Assembly (NCBI GenBank): GCA_951406725.2
Contig: OX597820.1
Coordinates: forward strand, 33,356,001-33,420,000
Direction of reading: 5' to 3'
From: Octopus vulgaris
Lineage: Eukaryota
Length of the DNA: 64,000 bases
Shown: positions 1-15,901 of the stretch, piece after piece
Layout: every line of letters begins with the position of its first letter
How positions within the stretch are numbered: the stretch's first letter is position 1
Program-made: the position numbers and the translations under genes
The notes under the pieces: generated by a model
The model's input: only the letters and a program-made list of their open reading frames with translations
The model's database searches: none
What the model was told of the DNA's origin: nothing

Positions 1-410
1 GTCTTATGAAGAAAGGCTGAAGACGCTCGACCTTTATTCTCTAGAAAAACGACGACGCCGTGGTGATCTCATTCTTGCTCACAACATCATAAGCGGTAAG
101 TGTAACCTCTCGAAAGAGCTGTTCTTCACTCCTGCTCCAGAACGTCAGCTGCGGGGTCACTCCGAAAAGCTCCATCTGCGACGATTTCATCTCAATCGAA
201 GGAGAGGGGCTTTCTCCGTCCGTTTTGCGGATCCGTGGAAAAGCTGCTGGACGAGATAGTCAAGATGCCGACGACCGCTCGGTTCAAAGTCTCCCTTGAC
301 CACAAATGGCCTGAACTCTTTGCATGAACACCACCCGGTACATAACTCCATGTCTCCCTACATGGCCTTCCTTTTTGCTTTTTGAGCCAAAAAATTAACT
401 TAACTTTATT
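1..410 (+). mobile_element. CR1/L2-group LINE 3' end (ORF2 C-terminus and tail), runs off window start
   Basis: Frame from nt 2 reads SYEERLKTLDLYSLEKRRRRGDLI...RGHSEKL...RRGAFSVRFADPW, typical of the CR1-group ORF2 C-terminus. Short TAACT-like tail near 395-405. Confidence 0.8.
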
Positions 411-777
411 TAATATTAGTATTGACTTTTATGACAATATTATAATTAGAATCAAAAGAGTGAATCCTGGTATGTAACACCTATTACTACATGGATGAAT
501 TTGTAAAGTCCCCTCACTGATACGCTCTAATTTATATTTTTTAAACACTCGATAAACAATTAACGATGTTTTCTATTGTTAGTCTCGTTGTCTCGTCGTA
601 TCGTAACGATTCAAAACATATTCTAGCTCGGTTTTAGCTTCCTTTTCAGGTACGTAGCGGCAATTTGGGTTGTTGTAATGCTAGGCTGTGTTCCGGCCGT
701 ATCATTTTCTGCGTTCACAGCGCCATGTTGAGTACCTGCACGCGTGCGCTGTGTGTGTATATATAGAGGCATGTCAT

Positions 778-912
778 AGGTGAAGGTGCGGCTGTGAGCT
801 AAGAAGCTTGCTTCCCAACCACTTGGTATCTTGGGTGTCTTCTACTATAGCCGTGCACCGACCAAAGCCATGCGAGTGAATTTGGTACACGGAAACTGAA
901 AGAAGCCCGTCG

Positions 913-972
<60 letters not shown>

Positions 973-1178
973 CGTGTTTGTGTCCGCGTTTGTCGCCCAC
1001 CACCGCTTGACAACCGTGTTGATGTGTTTACGTCTCCGTAATCTAGCGGTTCGGCATAAGAGATCGATATAATATGTACCAGCCTAAAAAAAGGGGGTTA
1101 GTTTGTTCGGCTAATACCACTTAAAGCATACGACAGCATGGCCGCAGTCAAATGACTGAAAGAAGTAAAAATAAAAGA
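778..1178 (+). mobile_element. tRNA-derived CORE-type SINE, family A (diverged copy)
   Basis: Matches copies at 15902, 20795, 36354 and 61533: ...CCGACCAAAGCC...GGAAACTGAAAGAAGCCCGTCG-(TA/TG)n...CAGCATGGCCGCAGTCAAATGACTGAAA. Confidence 0.8.
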
Positions 1179-1204
1179 AAAATGTTATACATAGATTATG
1201 TACA

Positions 1205-1237
<33 letters not shown>

Positions 1238-1870
1238 TGTATACACACACATGCTGGTCGTTACTTCTTGTCAGAAGAATGTCATCTCTCCAATTGCACG
1301 ATCATGTGCACGCGAATGGTTTTTCAGCCCAGTTTTCGTTCTGTGAGAACCTTCGCCGATGTCACATTTAGTTTTCTTTCTAGAGCAAATGTACCGCGGT
1401 ACACTTGGCCGTAGGACCAACTCACAAGCAACTCGATTATGTAACTATAAATAGCAAACAAAGTATGCTCTTGAGAGAACAGATCATCCGCAAACTTTGC
1501 ATCTCAGTTTTTGCTGGGGGCGGGGTCCTACGAGCACTAATGTGAGGCTTTCTGCCAATGTCTCTACGATAGCCATATTTTAATCTCCAACGTTTTACGG
1601 GTGCCCTTTATTACGCCATTGAATCGTAGCGAGCTGGCAGATTTGATGTAATTGACTTGTCCCCTTGCCCGAACTTGCTGGCTTTGTGCGAAAATTTGAA
1701 ACCGATATTTAATCCGGTTCTTTACTTTCTTAACCCAAATCCCGCAGGTGGACTTTGCCTCCCATCGCTTAGGGACCGATTAAATTGATATAACACTCAA
1801 GTAATCGACTAACCCCTCACCTCAAAATTTCTGGCCTAGTGCCAAAATTTGAAAAACTATTATTACTAAA

Positions 1871-2120
1871 ACGGTGAGCTGGCAGAAACGTTAGTACGCC
1901 GGGCGAAATGCTTAGCGGTATTTCGGCTGCCGTTACGTTCTAAGTTCAAATTCCGCCGAGGTCGACTTTGCCTTTCATCCTTTCGGGGTCGATTAAATAA
2001 GTACCAGTTACGCACCGGGGTCGAAATAATCGACTTAATCCGTTTGTCTGTCCTTGTTTGTCTTTACTGTGTTTAGCCCCTTGTGGGTAGTAAAGAAATA
2101 GATATTTCGTCTGTCTTTAG
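1871..2120 (+). mobile_element. tRNA-derived SINE with Deu/Nin-like central domain, family B
   Basis: Head GAGCTGGCAGAAACGTTAG..GTTCAAATTCC followed by GCCTTTCATCCTTTCGGGGTCGAT..AAGTACCAG, which resembles the Deu/Nin domain. Many copies in the window. Confidence 0.85.
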
Positions 2121-2440
2121 GCTCGTAGCTTAGTGGTTAGGGTATTCGGCTCGCGATCGTAGGGTTGCGATTTCGATTCCCGGCGGCGTATTGTATCTTT
2201 GAGCAAGATACTTTATTTCACGGTGCTCCAGTCCACTCAGCTGGCAAAAATGAGTAGTACCTGTATTTCAAAGGGCCAGCCTTGTCACACTCTTTGTCAC
2301 GCTGCATCTCCATGCGAAATATGTAAAGGCGTACGCGTGTCTGTGGAGTGCTCGGCCACTTGCACGTTAATCTCACGAGCAAGCTGTTCCGTTGATCGTA
2401 TCAGCTGAGACCCTCGTCGTCGTAACCGACGGAGTGCTCC
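2121..2440 (+). mobile_element. tRNA-derived SINE nested in the family B copy
   Basis: A-box-like TAGCTTAGTGG and B-box-like TTCGATTCC, then CORE-like TTGAGCAAGATACTTTATTTCAC. Family B sequence resumes at about 2445. Confidence 0.7.
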
Positions 2441-2899
2441 TATAGGTTCTAAGTTCAAATTATACCGAGGTCGACTTTGTCTTTCATCCTTTTGTTACTA
2501 GATAAAATAAGTACCAGTTGAGTACTAAGGTCGATGTAATCGACTTAACTACTCCTAAATAAGAGTATAAAAACTGCACCCCTCTGCCAAGCCATGTCCA
2601 GCCAGTGTCCTAGCGGATGCTCATCAAACAAGCATCATCTCAACAGGGTTGGCCCTGGGGTTGCTGGCGCCCCGGGCAAGCTGAACTTCGGCGTGTACAA
2701 GCTGACAGTCGTGGAAACTTCCTTGTCTTTGTCACGCCCTTCTTGACGCCCCCTAGCACATGGCACCCCAGGCGACTGCCCGAGTTTCCTAGTACCTTGA
2801 GCCGGCCCTCCACATCAGACCGTGGCTGGTGGAGAGAACAGTGAACTGAACACAGGTAGTCGAGTTCAATCTAAAACCGCTCCCTAGGTTTATGATGAG

Positions 2900-3120
2900 A
2901 GCTTTTCTTTCTGTTTAGCTCCCCTTAAGATATCTGTTTGGACAGCCTTCCGTCTGCCATTCTGAGAGCATGGCCAGGTCAACGCATCTTGTTCAAAATT
3001 TTCCGTTTCTCAATGATGTTGCTGCTGCTTTCTCAAGTGCAACAATGCTAGGTGTGTGAGAGGACCACTTTATGTTCAAGATGCGCCGGATGCAATGCTA
3101 ATGGAATCTTTCCAACTGCT
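2900..3120 (-). mobile_element. RTE-clade LINE fragment (post-RT region), decayed
   Basis: Minus strand reads QLERFH*HCIRRILNIKW...RMADGRLSKQI, similar to the RTE ORF2 C-terminal region. Confidence 0.6.
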
Positions 3121-4652
3121 TGTGTATGTGTGTGTGCGTGTGTGCGTGTGTGTACGTATGTGTGTGTGTGCGCGCGCATCTAAGTGTATGGAGACGTGTA
3201 GACGTCGATGTGACGTGTAGGAAGTCACGTATTTTGGATCTCTACAAATGAAAAATTTTGAATGGAAAAAAACAGCAAGTGATATTTTTGTTTATTTCAT
3301 TTGTTTATTTGTTCGTTCGTTTGTTTGTTTGTTTTTATTATTTTACTTCTTTCATTCATCGGACTGCGACCAACTGGGGTCTCCACCGTGAAAGGGGGTT
3401 TTTTTTAGCCAAAGAAATTGATCCCTGTACTTTATTTTTTAAAAATGGCTGGTAGTTATGTTATTTCTATCGGCACTCTTTTGCTGAACCACTAAGTTAC
3501 TTGATATCCAACACTGGATATCAAGATGTGGGGAATACAAACGCAAAGACACTCACTCACATAGTCTCTCTCTCTCTCTCCCTCCCTCTCTCGTTCTCTC
3601 TCTCTCACTCACACACACACACACTCACGATCATCATCCACATGGCTTCCATCTACCAAATTCACTCACAAGGCATTGGTCGGCCCAGAGGCTTACAGCA
3701 GAAGACACCTGCCCAATGTGCTGCGCAGTGGGGCTGAACCTGGAACCACGTGGTTACAAAGCCTGTTTCTCAACCATATAGCCACGCCTGCGCCTATTTA
3801 TTTATTTATTTACCTTTTTTCACCTGAGTAAGTAAACGCAAATTTGCAAAAGAAAACTAAATAAATTATTAATAAAAAAAAACAAAATACCGGAATATAT
3901 TAGCATGTATTTGCATAAATTTATTCAGTGTTGTAGCAAATAGACAATCTATCTCTTGTATTCAGCGATTTCATTAATGCAAAACAATATAATCGAAACG
4001 GTATCCGTTAAGTTTCTTACGAAACCCAATGTCCGGCGATTAATATGTGAGAAACAGGGAGTCGAAGTAGGAGGAGGAAGGAGAGAGATAGAGTGAGAGA
4101 GACGTAGGGAGGAAGCATGCGTGAGACAAAAGGAAAAGGAAATGATTAAGATGTATGGAAAGGGATAGAAATGTTTAGAGGAAGTGTGTGTTGTAGGGGG
4201 GGGGAGTAAAAGACTAAGATGTAGAGAAGAACAAAGAGAGGGAGAGAAACAGAGAGAGAGAGAGAGAGAAACAGACAGACAGACAGAAGGGACGAGCGGG
4301 AGTGAAGAACAAAGACGTTTGGAAAGAGAATGAGATAGAGTCAGGGAGACTCAGAGGTGTAGAGAGGAAGTGTGTACGTGATAGGGGTGGGGGATGAAAA
4401 GAGTAAGACGTATGGAAAGAGAAAGAAAGAGACAGAGAGGGGGTAGCGGTGAGAGGAAATGTGAATAATAGGGGATAGGAGAGCAAAAACATTTAAGGAG
4501 TAAGATTAGAAAGGAAAAGGGTCTATAAAATTCAGAATGTGAAAATGCATCTATGTATATATATATGTGTGTGTGTGTAAGTGTGTGTGTGTGTGTGCGT
4601 AAACTATATTTGTGTGTGTCTGTGCTTACGTGTGTGTGTGTGTGTGTGTATA

Positions 4653-5222
<570 letters not shown>

Positions 5223-5325
5223 GCGCGCAAACGCATTTGTACTCGCATATATATAAATATGTATAAGAATGTATGCATGTATAGATTATATATATATGCA
5301 GACACTTGTGTATATATACGCGCTA

Positions 5326-5376
<51 letters not shown>

Positions 5377-5451
5377 AGTAAACATATTTGTATGCAAGTC
5401 AGTATTAGCTACAAAAGAGGAATAAAAAGAAGGCGAAGGTAATGATGACGA

Positions 5452-5485
<34 letters not shown>

Positions 5486-6059
5486 GGTGGTGGTGGTGGT
5501 GGTGGTGATGAGGAAGAGGAGGAGAGTGATGACGACGACGATACAAGGTTGATGATTGTAATGGTGATGACGACGACGATTCATTACCATCATCACACTG
5601 AAGGAGATGAAGAAGAAGAAGGGGGAGAAGGAGGAGGAGAAGAACGACGACAACAACAATAACACAAAAGATGTGAAGCAAATGCCGCAGAGGAAAAAAT
5701 TTATATTAGCAAGAAAGATTTAAAGATAACAAAACAAAAGAAAACATACAAAACAAATTCGTGTTAAAAAAAACGAAAATAAAAAGCGCAAAGAAATTCG
5801 TGTTAAAAAAATAACATAAAAGAAGTGTTAAAAAAATAACATAAAAGAAGCGTAAAAACCTATTTTGACAAAAATATTTCTGTGTCGTTGACCGGGTGAC
5901 CGAACTTTGACAGTTACTGGTCGGCCAGATTTGATTGGCAAATAAGTGTGCATGACGTCACAGCTTGATCTTTTCTTTATGCAATTAGAAACTGAAATGA
6001 TAATTGTAATGTGAGATAAACTGTATATTTGAACATATGTATATCTATATACATTTATG

Positions 6060-6931
<872 letters not shown>

Positions 6932-6938
6932 TATACAA

Positions 6939-7023
<85 letters not shown>

Positions 7024-7242
7024 TGTCTGTGTTTGTCCACCACCGGTGTTGACGTGTTTACATCCCTGTAACCTTGCGGTTCGACAAAAGGAACTGATGG
7101 AACAAGTATCACGCTTTAAAAAAAAACGTTTATCCTTTAAGTATATATGAGCATGTCTAGACAAACAATCATGTGCGTGAGAATACATACACATACATAA
7201 AACAGAACATACAAATCTGCACACATACATACATATGTAGAT

Positions 7243-7287
<45 letters not shown>

Positions 7288-8000
7288 GGGTGGATGGATG
7301 GATGGATGGATGGATGGATGGACGGACGGACGGACGGACGGACGGACGGACGGATGGTTGGATTAATGGATGGATGGATGTGTATATATGAATCAACCCA
7401 AGTACTTATTTTCTTCCTTTTAAGCCTGGTACTTTTTCCAAACGGAGACGTAAACATACCAGCATCGGTTGTCAACCGGTGATTTAGTACAAATACAATC
7501 ACAAAGACACACACGCACGCACTCACGCACACACACACACATACACACATAACACACACATATATGTGACGGACTTCTTTCATTTTCCACCTACCAAATC
7601 CAGTCACAAAGCTTTGGTCGGCACGTCACTATAGAAGTCACTTACCCAAGGTGCCACGCCGTAGGACTGAACCCGGAACTTTGTGGTTTGGAAGCAAGCT
7701 TCTTACCACACAGCCAAGCCTGCTTCTGTGTCTGTGTGTGTTTGTATATGTATATCAATTGTATATATTCATTCATATATATATATATACATATATACAC
7801 ACACACATACAATTTATATGGTAATGTTATAATATAATATATACATGTATACATACACATACGCACACATACACACACGCGTGCACATATTTATAAAGCT
7901 TCAAAGTCACTCACGTAAAAATTATAAAGTAATATTTCAGCTTATTGTTAATTTTTTTTCATATATTTAACTTGACATAGAAATTACATTAAAATATATA

Positions 8001-9187
8001 CAGGTACCCTTTGTGGGTCATTGCTGCATTTTTTACTAACTCTGTATAATCTTAGTTTCAGAAAATAATATTAGCACACCCTCAGCTTACTCAAGGAGTG
8101 AAGAGGTATGCTGTTATTGTGGTTATAAAGGCTGAGCATAGTGATTTAGAAATATCTCGATTTTTAAAAGTTGCCAGATCTTTCGTCTACAAAGTTTGTA
8201 AGGAGTTATAGGCTCAAGATGGAAACATATCACCAGTATCAAAGCATAAAAAGCATTCTAAACGCTCTGAAATCATCAGAACATTTGAATTTATCCAGCA
8301 AGTTCAACAGACCATTGATTACAATCCCAGAAAGTCCATGAGGTTAATTGCAAAAGATCTCCATGTGTGAGAAGGAACTGTCAGAAATGTTGTCCACGAA
8401 GGCATTAGATATGATGAGGAAAGGTCAGATCTAAAAGGCTCTTAAACAAACTGAAAAATCCAGCGGAAGATTTGATTTGGTTTTTCCCAAACAAGAAAAA
8501 CTTCGACCAAGATCAAAAAGTTAACAGAAGAAATGATAGATGGTTATGTGCAGACCGTTTTGAAGTTCCAAATGTTACGCATACAAATTTTCCTGCAACC
8601 GTCATGGTTTTAGGGACTGTCAGCAATGAAGGGCATGTGATGTCTCCTCACTTCTTCCACAAGGCCTTAGAGTTAACTCTGTCGCCTACATGGAGGTCCT
8701 GGAAATAATTGTCAAGCCCTGGATAGACAGTAAATGCGATAGAAGGTCATCTGTGTTTCAGTAAGACTGCGCTATCACACATTGCTCTAGTAATACAGGA
8801 ATGGATAGCTGAAAATTTTCATGATCACATAACCCCTAATATTTGGCCTCCTAATTCCCCAGATCTCAATCTATTGGACTATTACATGAGGGGCGTTGTT
8901 GAGAGAGAAGTCAATGAACACGCCCATAACACCAAAGATTCTTTGAAAGCTGCCATAGTCAGAATAGTGTACAAAATGAACCAGGACGTCTTGATTCGAG
9001 CATGTAGATGATCTCATGTAGAAGCAGTTGTTGAAGCTGAAGGTGGCTTTATTGAATAACATTATAGAAAAGAAGATTTATTTTTATCCTCATAGCATTT
9101 TTTGATAAATAAAGTTAGTATCTGTTATTATATATCTGGGTTTTTTTTTATAAACATAATCTGTCCTCAAATATCTTACGCACCCTG
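8001..9187 (+). mobile_element. Tc1/mariner-superfamily transposon relic, DD37D (maT-like) transposase pseudogene ending at 9059
   Basis: Reads ...KNFDQDQKVNRRNDRW...VMVLGTVSNEG...FQ*D...WPPNSPDLNLLDY...EAEGGFIE*. Spacing between the 2nd and 3rd Asp is 37 residues after repairing one frameshift. Right end is ...CACCCTG|TA; left TIR not identified. Confidence 0.85.
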
Positions 9188-9441
9188 TATATACACACAC
9201 ATATACAACTGCATGTATGTACCATATATATATATATCTTTATCTTTATCTTTAGTTTCAGCTCACGAGCTGTGGCCATGCTGGGGCACCGCCATTTATA
9301 TATATATATATATATATATATACACCCACCTCATATATATGTATATTACTAGATATTTAATCTATATATATATATGCCCACACCCACACACACATATGTA
9401 TATATAAATATATATGTATGTAAATATACATACAAACGAAC

Positions 9442-9505
<64 letters not shown>

Positions 9506-10078
9506 TATGTACTATATATAAATCATAGCCGCCTTTGTCGGTATGTTAATTCGTCTGTTTTTGTTTTGCGAAACATTTAGTACATCTATAAAATGTTGTA
9601 AACATTATTTCATCATCCATTTCTACATTTACAACCTGGTCACTGACACAGTTTCATTACATCTTTTGAGAAACAGTTGGTGTTTTGTTCTACTACACCG
9701 TGGTTGAGATTTGCAAGTCTTTTTTTCTTTCTTTGTTCTATTTTTTTCTCTTAAATTTCCGCCCACGTTTTTCTCAGACCAGGCCAACAACTGACTGGTT
9801 TCAATCAAGTTAAATGCAATGAAATAATCTCAGCAAAATTATTAGACACCTTATGTTTTATGGAACAATGCTATTAATATCTTCAGACAATAAGACAGCA
9901 CTCCGGGCAAACTTTTTGACGGCATTTTGTCCGTTTTACGTTCTGAGTTCAAATCCTGCCTTTCATACTTTGGGGATCAATAAAATAAATACCAGCTGAG
10001 AGCTGAGGTCGATGTAAACGACTTACCCCTTCCCCCAAAATTGCTGGCTTTATGCCAAAATTTGAAACCATTATCAAA

Positions 10079-10690
10079 AGGCGGCGTGCTGGCAGAAACG
10101 TTAGTACGCCGGGCGAAATGTGTAGCCGTATTTCGTCTGCCGTTACATTCTGAGTTCAAAATTCCGCCGAGGTCGACTTTGCCTTTCATCCTTTCGGGGT
10201 CAATAAATTAAGTACCAGTTACGCACTGGGGTCTATGTAATCGACTTAATCCCTTTGTCTATCCTTGTTTGTCCCCTCTGTGTTTAGCCCCTCGTGGGTA
10301 GTAAAGAAATAGGTATTTCGTCTGTCTTCATGTTCTGAGTTCAAATTCCGCCGAGGTCGATTTTGCCTTTCACCCTTTCGGGGTCAATAAATTAAGTACC
10401 AGTTACGCACTGGAGTCGATGTAATCAACTTAATCCGTTTGTCTGTCTTTGTTTGTCCCATCTGTGTTTAGCCCCCTGTGGCAATAAAGAAATAAGAATC
10501 GTTAGCACGCTGAGTGAAATACTTAACGGCATGTCGTCTGATTTCACGCTATCTGTTCAAATTCTGCCAGGATCGACTTTGCGTTTCATCCTTTTCGAAG
10601 TCGATAAAAAGTACCAATGAAACACTGGGGTCAATGCAATCGACTAGTCCCCTCCCCAAAAATTTCAGGTCTTATGCTTTTAATAGAAAG
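10079..10690 (+). mobile_element. Family B SINE cluster with a tandemly repeated internal module
   Basis: One head followed by two ~180-bp Nin-plus-tail modules, then a third diverged copy. Confidence 0.8.
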
Positions 10691-10719
10691 TATTATTGCT
10701 ATTACTATTTTTATTCCTT

Positions 10720-11798
10720 CGTAACACAGGGCAGGTAAAAATGCACCGGAGTTTTTGGTCATCTATCAAGTCACAACAAGAATCTCAGACAAATAATACT
10801 TTCCTTAAGATGTGTACGGTGCCCATTAAGGCTGCTTTTTGCAAGACATCAATCTTGCATGGGATTTCCAGTTGCCTTACGAAGTCTTGAAATTCCAATG
10901 GGATTGAGCCCAGCGCTCTGATCACCACTGGTATCACTTCTACATTAACCTCTCGCATTCCTTACAGTCTTGCCATTTCCACTTTCAATTCGGAGAACTT
11001 GATGATTTTTTCAACCTCTTTTCTCACAACATTCATGTCATTTGGTATGGCTACATCAATCATCTGAGGGTATTTGTCTCTCTTAAGGCGGCGAGCTGGC
11101 AGAAACGTTAGCACGCCGGGCGAAATGCCTAGCCGTATTTCGTCTGCCGTTGCATTCTGAGTTCAAATTCCGCCGAGGTCGACTTTGCCTTTCATCCTTT
11201 CGGGGTCGATAAATTAAGTACCAGTTATGCTCTGGGGTAGATATAATCGACTTAATCCGTTTGTCTGTCCTTGCTTGTCCCTTCTGTGTTTAGCCCCTTG
11301 TGGGTAGTAAAGAAATAGGTATTTGTCCCCCTTATTCAATATGACAATATCCGGTTGATAGTGTACGATTACACGATCCCTTTGAAAATCATAATTTCAG
11401 AGTATTGTTACTTTTCCATCCTCCTGCATAACTTTACTTGGTACATGCTCATACCAGTTCTCTGTTACTTCATATTGGTATTTACGACATAAGAGCCAAT
11501 GAAGATACACACACGCTTTATCGTGACGGCGTTGGTATTCTTTTTGTGCAAGGCTCACTCATTCACTTACCAAGTGGGTCACATTGTCCACGCTCTTTCC
11601 ACAGAGTCTACATTTCTCGGTGTCAGAAGTTTTATAGATGTTATACTTCACTGAATTGGTAGCGAGGGCCTGGTCTTGTGCAGCAATGATCAGGCTTTCG
11701 GTGGTACGCTTCAAATAACCTCGCTCAAGCCATGCCCACAATGCTGAATTATCCTTAACGTCTTGTCTATTCCTTTCAAACTGTCCATGCATTTTCAT
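10720..11798 (-). mobile_element. R4/Dong-clade non-LTR retrotransposon 3' fragment (CCHC motif and REL endonuclease), interrupted by a SINE
   Basis: Reads MHGQF...WLERGYLKRTTESLIIAAQDQAL...CRLCGKSVDNVTHL, then PDIV, IDVAIP, KEVEK-like, VIPVVI and LQKAALMGTVHILRKVL. Confidence 0.85.
11086..11317 (+). mobile_element. Family B SINE with ~17-bp TSD inserted in the R4/Dong relic
   Basis: Flanks are GGTATTTGTCTCTCTTA (11069-11085) and GGTATTTGTCCCCCTTA (11318-11334). Confidence 0.85.
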
Positions 11799-12174
11799 TA
11801 CTATTATTATTATTATTATTATTAAGGGGGTGAGCTGGTAGAAGCGTTAGCATACGCTTTTTATGCTTTCGGGGTCGATGAAGTAAGTACCAGTTGAACA
11901 TTGGGGTCCATGTAATCGACTCTACTGCTCCTCCAAAAATTCGGGTCTTGTGCCTATAACAGAAAGGACTATTATTTCTGTTGTTGTTGTTATCAAAGCT
12001 GCGAACTAACAGAATCTTTAGTGCGTCGAACAAAATACTCAGCAGCATTTCTTCGAGACTCTATACGTTCTTGGTTAGTTGGTTAGTTTGTCCTGTTCTT
12101 ACATCATATAGAAAATTTGGGGTCCAGTCGATAAGTCGACCCAAATACGCAATTTATCCCCCTCGAAAAGCAAA

Positions 12175-12456
12175 GCCGACCTTGACGGAATTTGAACTCA
12201 GAACGTGACGGCAGACGAAATACCTATTTCTTTACTACCCACAAGGGGCTAAACACAGAGGGAACAAACAAGGACAGACAAACGGATTAAGTCGATTTTA
12301 TCGACCGCAGTGCGTAACTGGTACTTAATTTATCGACCCCGAAAGAATGAAAGGCGAAGTTGACTTCGGTGGAATTTGAACTCAGAACGTAGCAGCAGAC
12401 GAAATACCGCTAGGCATTTCGCCCGGCGTGCTAACGTTTCTGCCAGCTCGCCGCCT
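12175..12456 (-). mobile_element. Family B SINE
   Basis: Reverse complement of the 11086 copy. Confidence 0.85.
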
Positions 12457-12942
12457 TGAATTTAACCAATAAAAAAACATCGAATATGCCAAACAACACT
12501 TCAGACACAGTCTCTATGCGTTGCAGAATAACAATGAACCGTACGTGAAGACACAATTTTTTAGGATTAAAACACGCATAAAGAGAAAACTAAAAGATAT
12601 ATATATATAAGGTGAAATTTCAGGTTCTGGGGGGTAAACAAACCAAACACTGGTTGTCAAGCAGCAGGGTAGGGTGGAGGACACAAAAAAAAGGCACAAA
12701 CACACGCATACACGCGCATATGTATATTTATATTTACGATGGCTTCTGCAGTTTCCGTCTACCAAATTCTCTCACAAGGGGTGAAGAAAGGACTTGGAGG
12801 GTGAGGAGAAAAGAGAGTGGAGTAGGGAAGTGGAGATTGGGAGAAGGAAGAGGATACTGGGGAGTGGATGGCAGGGAAGGAGGCGGAGAAGGAAGAGAAG
12901 AAAGAAAAAAAGAAAGGAAGAACGAAAGAAAGGAAGAGAGAT

Positions 12943-12989
<47 letters not shown>

Positions 12990-13033
12990 ATGGAGGAACA
13001 AGAAACAAAGAAAGGCATGAAAAGAAGAAAAAA

Positions 13034-13543
<510 letters not shown>

Positions 13544-13903
13544 AATCGCTAATTCGGTAAGGTCATCATAGATGTCTTTCGATGTTGTAAACAGTTTCAC
13601 ACCTGTTGAAGCAGTCACCAGTCAGTCCAGGTGAAAGTTAATTAGTAACTGCCGATTTATTTATTTTCATGGCAGTTTTGAAGTTTGCTGCTGCTGCTGC
13701 TGCTACTGCTGCTGTTGCTACCGCTGCTGTTGTTATTGTTGCTATTGTTGCTGTAGAGTTTGCTAACCAAATGTCAGCTGTTTCTCCTCAGTGGGGTAGA
13801 TGGAGTGGTTTGGTAATGGATGTGAGGTAGGGGCGGTGTTGTATCAGAGAGTGGACTGTAGTGGCGGCCATGTGGAGAGGAGGTGCTGAATGGCCAAAAC
13901 GAG

Positions 13904-13952
<49 letters not shown>

Positions 13953-15049
13953 AATTGTTTAGCCACGAGTCAGTCCTGATCCAGGTAACATGTCATCCAA
14001 AACAAGTTGTTATTGTCGTTGTTATTAATGCAAGCACGCCGGACAAAATACCTCGGAGCATTTCGTTCGACTTTACGTTCTGAGTTCAAATTCCACCGAG
14101 GTCGATCATGCCTTTCGTCTGTTCAGGGTCGATAAAACAAATACCAGTTTGAACACTGGGGTTCGACGTAATCGACAAGCCTTCTGCCTATAGTAGAAAG
14201 AGTCGTAGTTGTTGTTATTATTATTGTTGTGGTTCTTCTTATTGTTGTAGTTGTCGTCATCGTCGTCGTCATTGTTGCTGTTGTTGTTCTTGTTGTTTAG
14301 CTTTAAACCAGTCCTGATTCAGTAGACATGTAATCCAAAGTTCTCCATTCGTAATTATTCTGTTCCTTTGATGTATGTGTGAATGTGGTGTGTGTGTATG
14401 TGTGGAAAGAGAGAGAGAGAGAGAGAGAAGGGGGAGAGAGAGAAGGGGAGAAAGAGAGAGAAGGAGAGACAGACAGACAGACAGACAAATATATACACAG
14501 ATAAACAGACAAATCTTTAGACAGGAAAGTGTTAAAAATATACGTTCGTGGTACTATCAATATCTGAAAGAAACTTGGGGTGAAAGCCAGTGTAGAGTGT
14601 GAAATTTTAATGATATTCTTTTCTTCTGTAGGCACAAGGCCCGAAAATTTGGGGGAAGGGGCTAGCCGAATTAGATCGACCCAGTACGCAAATGGTACTT
14701 AATTTATTGACCCCGAAAGGATGAAAGGCAAAGTCGACCTCAGCGGAATTTGAACTCAGAACGTAGCAACGGGAGAAATATTATATAATATAATATGTAT
14801 AAGCGTGTGTGCTTGAGAGTGAGTGACTGAGAGGAGGGGGATAGAGTGCCATGTGGCAGGAATTAATTTATAATTATTCATATTCTTGGGAATATCTGGT
14901 CAATAACATCGAGCTGAAGTGTGATAGACAACACAGAAAAGTCTACCTACTGATGCTTAAGTGGCTACGAAATTATCTACGTTCCGCATGCGATATGTTG
15001 GAAGATGACAACTAAGCTAACAATAATAATCTAAATATCGAATCTAAAT

Positions 15050-15475
15050 TTTGGCACAAGGCCAATAAATTCGAGTGGTTGGGTAAGTCGATTACATCGA
15101 CCCCCAATTTTTAACTGGTAACTTATGTAATCGACTCTGAAAGGTTGAGAGGCAAAGTTGACCTCGGCGGAATTTGAACTCAGAACGTGAAGGCATGCGA
15201 AATGCTGCTGAGCATTTTCCCCAGCGTTGCTAATGATTCTTATTTCTTTATTGCCCCACAAGGGGCTAAACATAGAGGGGGGACAAACAAGGACAGACAA
15301 ACAGATTAAGTCGATTACATCGACCCCAGTGCGTAACTGGTACTTAATCTATCGACCCCGAAAGGATGAAAGGCAAAGTCGACCTTGGTGGAATTTGAAC
15401 TCAGAACGTAACGGCAGACGAAATGCTGCTGAGAATGTCGCCAGGCGCGCTAACGATTCTAACAGCTCGCCGCCC
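15050..15475 (-). mobile_element. Two adjacent family B SINEs
   Basis: Reverse-complement matches to the family B pattern. Confidence 0.8.
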
Positions 15476-15901
15476 TAATAACAGTCTAAATATCACCAAC
15501 ACTGCCAACACAACCATCATTATCCCCATCACTATCATAGAAACCCAAATAATATAGTTATATTTATATTAAGGGGAGAGCAAGCGATCTTCAGGGTAAT
15601 CTGTGTAAATGAGATGCATACCGATATACGATACGAGTCCCGTGGATAGGCCTGGATCTGCTATTATGCTGAATTGGTAGTTGTATCATATCATCGGTGT
15701 AAGGCGTTGAGCTGGACAAATGATTAATGGAATTTCTTCCGGCTCTTTACATCCTATATATATGTGTGTGTGTGTGTGCTTGTGTGTCTGTGTTTGTCCC
15801 ACCAGCATCGCTTGACAACCGATGCTGGTGTGTTTTCGTCCCCGTAACTTAGCGAGGTACACAGAGAGTTAACATAAGCATATAATCATTAAATATGCAA
15901 T

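Noticed and set aside
5405-5681. Poly-His and poly-Thr ORFs
   Set aside because: (GAT)n and (GGT)n microsatellites.
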